Part shown: positions 59,411 to 64,000 of the stretch, piece by piece
How the letters are laid out: every line of letters starts with the position of its first letter
Numbering within the stretch: position 1 is the first letter of the stretch
Source: Scyliorhinus canicula
Taxonomy: Eukaryota
NCBI RefSeq assembly: GCF_902713615.1
Contig: NW_024055461.1
Coordinates: forward strand, 4,102,940 to 4,166,939
DNA: 64,000 nt
Direction: 5' to 3'
Notes under the pieces: generated by a model
The model's database searches: none
The model's input: only the letters and a program-made list of their open reading frames with translations
What the model was told of the DNA's origin: nothing
Made by a program: the position numbers and the translations under genes

Positions 59411-62400
59411 AAAATATATACAATAATTTGTAATATCGAGACAGGCAACAGGAACATGGTCCGGTAAAATATCAACAGAGATAGGCCCTCGTGTGATGTA
59501 GAGAGACAAATTCCTGGGGAACATAAAAGAGGCGGAATTTAATGTAATATAATCCTATGGTCTCGTGTGTATTAATTGAGTGTAACACAAACAGAACAGT
59601 GTAGTTTAGACAGCGACAGGGTTTACTTTAATATAAATGAAGACAGAGTTTCATTCGACATGAGAAGAAACAGATTTGATGTAAGACAGTGACATAAAAA
59701 ATAGAGCCGGAGTAGACCATTCTGCCCTTCGAGCCTGCTCCGCTTTTCCCCGTTTCATTTGGGCCCTTCAGAGCTTTGATCCCCAAGCGCTATGTCTAAA
59801 TCTTTCTTTAAAACATGCAATACTTTCGACTCAACTTCGTTCTGTGGTAGAGAATTCCACAGATTCACGACTCCCAGGGTGAAGACATTGCTCCTCATCT
59901 CAATCCTAAATAGTTTACCTCGTATTCTTAGATGGTGACCCCTCGTTCTAGCTTCACCCACCATCGGGACCATCCTTTCTGCGTCCGCCATGTCTAGTCC
60001 TGTTGCAATTTGATCGGCTTAGGACCATGGGGGAATTAATTGATATCTAATTAATCAGTGTCCTCTGCTTTCTGACCCCCCTGCCAGTGAATCAAGTTTC
60101 TTTCCAATTAATCATACTAAACCATTCTTAATTTTGACCATTTTCACCAGGCCTTCCCATATCCTGCTCGGTTCTAAGGGAAACAATCCCAGCTTCCAAC
60201 CGCTCTGACCATGCAGTTCGTGCAGTGGGAAGATCAAGTTGCACATATGTTTCTGCCTTGCTTGCATTTAGATGTTATTTTTGGAATAACTGATATTTTA
60301 TATGGAGCCAGTGGAATTCCCATTCACCATTACTATCGTGTCAGCATAAGACCTAAGACTAATAAAAGACCAGCCTCTGAAAAGTAAATTGACCCATGTA
60401 AGACTGGACCCATAGTTTCAACTTTAGATTCCCCGAGCAATATTTCAGAATGTCAAAATACAAACCATGATAGGTTAACCGTCTTTTCCCAGTGGGATCA
60501 CTATCACCTCCCACAACAGATACCTGAGCCCATGATCCAGACCAGTGATCCAATGCAGAAGGAGTGTTTAATGTTCAATTGTTCCATCTTTTAGATGTGA
60601 TGATATTACAGTCTTTGGGATAGTCTCGCAATATTATTACAAAACTGGTAATCTGGAGGCCTGAGCTATTACCCCAGAGACAGGAGTGCTAACTCCACCA
60701 GGGCATATTGTAATGTTGTGAACAGTTTTGGTCTCCTTATGTAAGGAAATATATTTTGGAGGCAGTCCAGAAAAGGTTCTTTCGGTTAATCCCGAGTATG
60801 GAGGGATTTTCACAGCATAGAAAGAGATCTTTCGACCCATCGTTGCTCTACCTGTCAGCAAAAAAAAAGAATCTGGCCTTGAATCACAGACCTTTCGGTA
60901 AACAGCCAAACATGCTGACCAATAGCACCACAGAGACTGACATGGGGAGAGCTTAAGTCGGTTCGACCAACACGCATTGGAGTTTAGAAGAATGAGAGGC
61001 GAAGTTACTGAGATATACAGTATTTTCAGGGGGCTCGACAATGTAGCTAGAGGTTGTTCCCGCTTTTGGGAGAGTCTAGCACCATAGGCCACAACCTCAG
61101 AGTAAGGTGCCACTCATTTCAGACGAGAATGAAGAGGAATTTCTTCTCTCAGAGGGTAGTGATTCTATAGAATTATTTGCCGTAGAGAGTTGGCCTGATT
61201 GATGAATAAGTTCAAGGCTGAGTCAGACAGATTTTTCATCAGAAAGGCAATCATGGGTTGTGGGGATAAGTTGGAAACGTGGAGTTGAGGATTTTGTCAG
61301 ATCAGCAACGATGTCATTGAATGGCAGATCATATTCCATGGGTCGAATGGCCAACTTCTGCTTCTACATCTTATGGTTTTATGGCAGCTGTGGGGACTTT
61401 CAATTGAATGAATTAATAAATCAGAAAAAAATCGTCGTGTCATTCATAATACTTATGAATTTATCCAAAATTTATCCGAAATTTCCCAAAGCCCAGAAGG
61501 TTCACCAACATCCTTCAGGAGAAGAAATCTTCCCTCCTTATCCTATCTGGCCCAAATGTGACTCTAGTTCAACAATGATGGGTTGACTATTAACTCTCTC
61601 TGATATTGCCGAGCAAGCAAGTCTGTTGACGGGAAGATGCTACAGAAAGTCAAATGTGAATTAATCCGCCCGAAGTGCACCTTATCAAAAAGGTGCTTCA
61701 CATCCGGCTTCTCAGGATGGACAGTTAATGCTGACTTTGTCACTGATGGCCATATGGCGAGAATGAATCCAAAACTGTTCAAAGTGCCGCAGATTCTGGA
61801 AATCAAAAACAGAAACAACAAAAAAGTCTGCTCAGCAGGTCAGTGAGCATCAGCAGAGAGAGGAACAGATTCACATTTCAGGGGGATTACCTCATTGACA
61901 TAATTCTAACGAGCAGAGCTGGTTTTCCCAGTATCTTGGACTAATGTCCGTTCTTCAACTAAAATCACAGATTAGCTGGTCACTTATCACATCTCAGTTT
62001 GTGGGAGCTTGCTGTGCGCAAATTCTCCGCTCTGTTTCCAACATTACTGCAGTGACTAAATTCAGCAAAAATATATCACTGAGTTCTAAGGGCGTTGGGA
62101 TGACCTGAGGTCGGGTAAAGCGTTTTACAAAAGCAAGCTCTTTCCAACTGTTTACATTTTAAAATGCAAGTTGCAATTGTCAAAAGATCTGAGATTAATG
62201 TGTCTATTGATCTCTCCTCTGCCTGATGTTTTGAGTTATCCACTTTAAATTGGTTAATATTTCAATCAAATTAACATTCAGTGGAAACGAGCTGGTTAGA
62301 TATGCTTTATTAATTGAGGCTTCATAACTTTCAGAATGAATACTTATTTTAAATGTATTTTTTCTTTCAATTAAGTAACATCTGTTCTAATGGAAGTTTC

Positions 62401-63471
62401 TATTCATTTTAACCAACTGTCAATATTCTTAAAATACACCTCTATTTTTAGTTGAAACTAATCAATACGTGATTGTGTTTATTTCGTTTTGCTGAAATGA
62501 ACACTTCATTGTGACCAGTGAGGTGTTTATGTAAATAAACACAAAAATAGAAGTCCCAGTTTTGATTTTGGACTGAGAAAAACAAAGCAAATGTTTCCCC
62601 ATCAACACAGCACAGAAATAGAGCCACCGACACAAATAGATCAACGGATTCCAGTAATGATCGTTTTTCGACATTTTTTATGCATCAGTTATATGAGAAA
62701 AATGTCATGATGATATCCATGTTCAGAATTAGGAATGATTCCCTCTAATCTCTAAATGTAAGGACATGTGAAATGTGTTCGTAGAGTTTTCTTGTATCCT
62801 ATCTCCCTCTGTGTGTTTCTCCTAACTGCTTCTGCCTCATGTCTCTCCACGATGGGTCATTGTGTTTAATCGACAAAATGAAGTCAACATGTGGCCAATA
62901 CATTCTCACAGCCCGATCTCACCCCGTTGGCTTACAACTAGATGGATTGAATTCAATGAATTGGAATACATAGAGGGATTTAACTCTAAATTGTCGTTGG
63001 AGCAGTCAATGACCTTGGAGTGTTTAATGAGAACTGCAGAGACAATTTTATTCTGTATCTAATTTGGACTGCATATGGTGGCGAGGATTTGAGGTGAGAG
63101 GGCCGGAGAATCTTTCCTTTTACTTCACCAAGCTGCCGTGACCTTCGAGCATTTGATTGCCCAGGGTAGAGCAAGCTTTACTTGCATGTCACCTGCACTG
63201 AATCTGCCCTGTGAGTGTTTGACATGACTGCACAGGAAGATTTACTCCGTATCTGAACTATGCTGTACCTGACCTGGATGTGTTTGATGGAAAAATGACC
63301 AGGTTTCTTTGCCCAGTAAATGCACAGGTTTCTTTACCCCACTGTCAACCTGTCTTGGGGATCTCTGAGGAAGAGTGCAGAAGAGATTTTACCTGGCATA
63401 GAACCCTTGATTTCCAGACCTTTAATGTGTTTAAGCGAGTTATGTAGAGGGAATTTCATTCTATATAATAA

Positions 63472-63635
63472 TAGCTTATTGTCACAAGTAGGCTTCAATG
63501 AAGTTACTGTGAAAAGCCCCTAGTCGACACATTCCGGTGCCTGTTCGGGGAGCCCGGTATTGGAATTGAGCCCACGCTGATGGCATTGTTCTGCATTGCA
63601 AGCCAGCTATTTACCCCACTGTGCTAAACCAGCCC
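63472..63635 (-). mobile_element. Short tRNA-derived SINE (second family)
   Basis: GGGCTGGTTTAGCACAGTGGG head on the minus strand. Confidence 0.8.
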
Positions 63636-64000
63636 CGCTTACAATCGGCAGCTGCACTGGGAATGTTTAATGGGGGCAGTGTGATTGAAGAAGTCCTGGC
63701 GAAGTTTTGTCTTCAACCACTGATCCAACTGTCCTGCGAGTGTTTGAAGGGACAGTAGGCCCTGCCTCTGTATTGTACCTGGCCGTGAACCCGTCTCTGT
63801 TTGTGTTATACTACCTCGTACCTGTGTCAGTTTATATTCAATAAGGACACTTTTATATTTGTTCATATAAAACTAGGCCACCAATTCGAGGATTGTCTTG
63901 ATCAATAAGGAGTTCAGGGGTTATTGGGAGAAGGCAGGAGAATGGGGATGAGGAACATATCGGCCATGATTTAATGCCAGAGCAGCCTCTATGGGTCGAA

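Larger units (their letters stand above)
51660..63100. repeat. Old ~5.7-6.1-kb tandem duplication (A ~51660-57330, B ~57330-63100)
   Basis: Collinear anchors: 52437/58487, 54617/60387, 56461/62268 and 57035/62843. Confidence 0.88.

Overview
Vertebrate genomic DNA, almost certainly from a cartilaginous fish (inferred from HE1/V-SINE-type SINEs, CR1 and Penelope content). Positions ~150-27100 are a germline array of T-cell receptor alpha/delta-type variable (V) segments. Four V genes are intact, each with leader exon, intron, V exon (Cys23/Trp41/Cys104) and a 3' recombination signal sequence (RSS): 11987-12436(+), 17088-17601(+), 25172-25608(-) and 26395-26877(-). About eleven V pseudogenes or remnants lie among them in both orientations. 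I found no D, J or C segment. The most notable non-coding pattern is a set of CTCF-like motifs co-oriented with the nearest V, sitting either ~150-370 bp upstream of the leader or ~20-25 bp downstream of the RSS nonamer. RSS spacers are 22, 23 and 24 bp. From ~29 kb on, the window has no convincing V and is dominated by retroelements: CR1 fragments, a near-intact 5.7-kb L1-clade element with a 15-bp TSD nested in a CR1, and a Penelope-derived inverted repeat with a hammerhead-like motif (a second such motif lies in the Penelope fragment at 24.3 kb). That part also holds a 78-bp minisatellite, a 195-N gap and an old ~5.8-kb tandem duplication. No CRISPR, rRNA or bona fide tRNA gene is seen. All calls were made by eye without database searches, and repeat boundaries are approximate.
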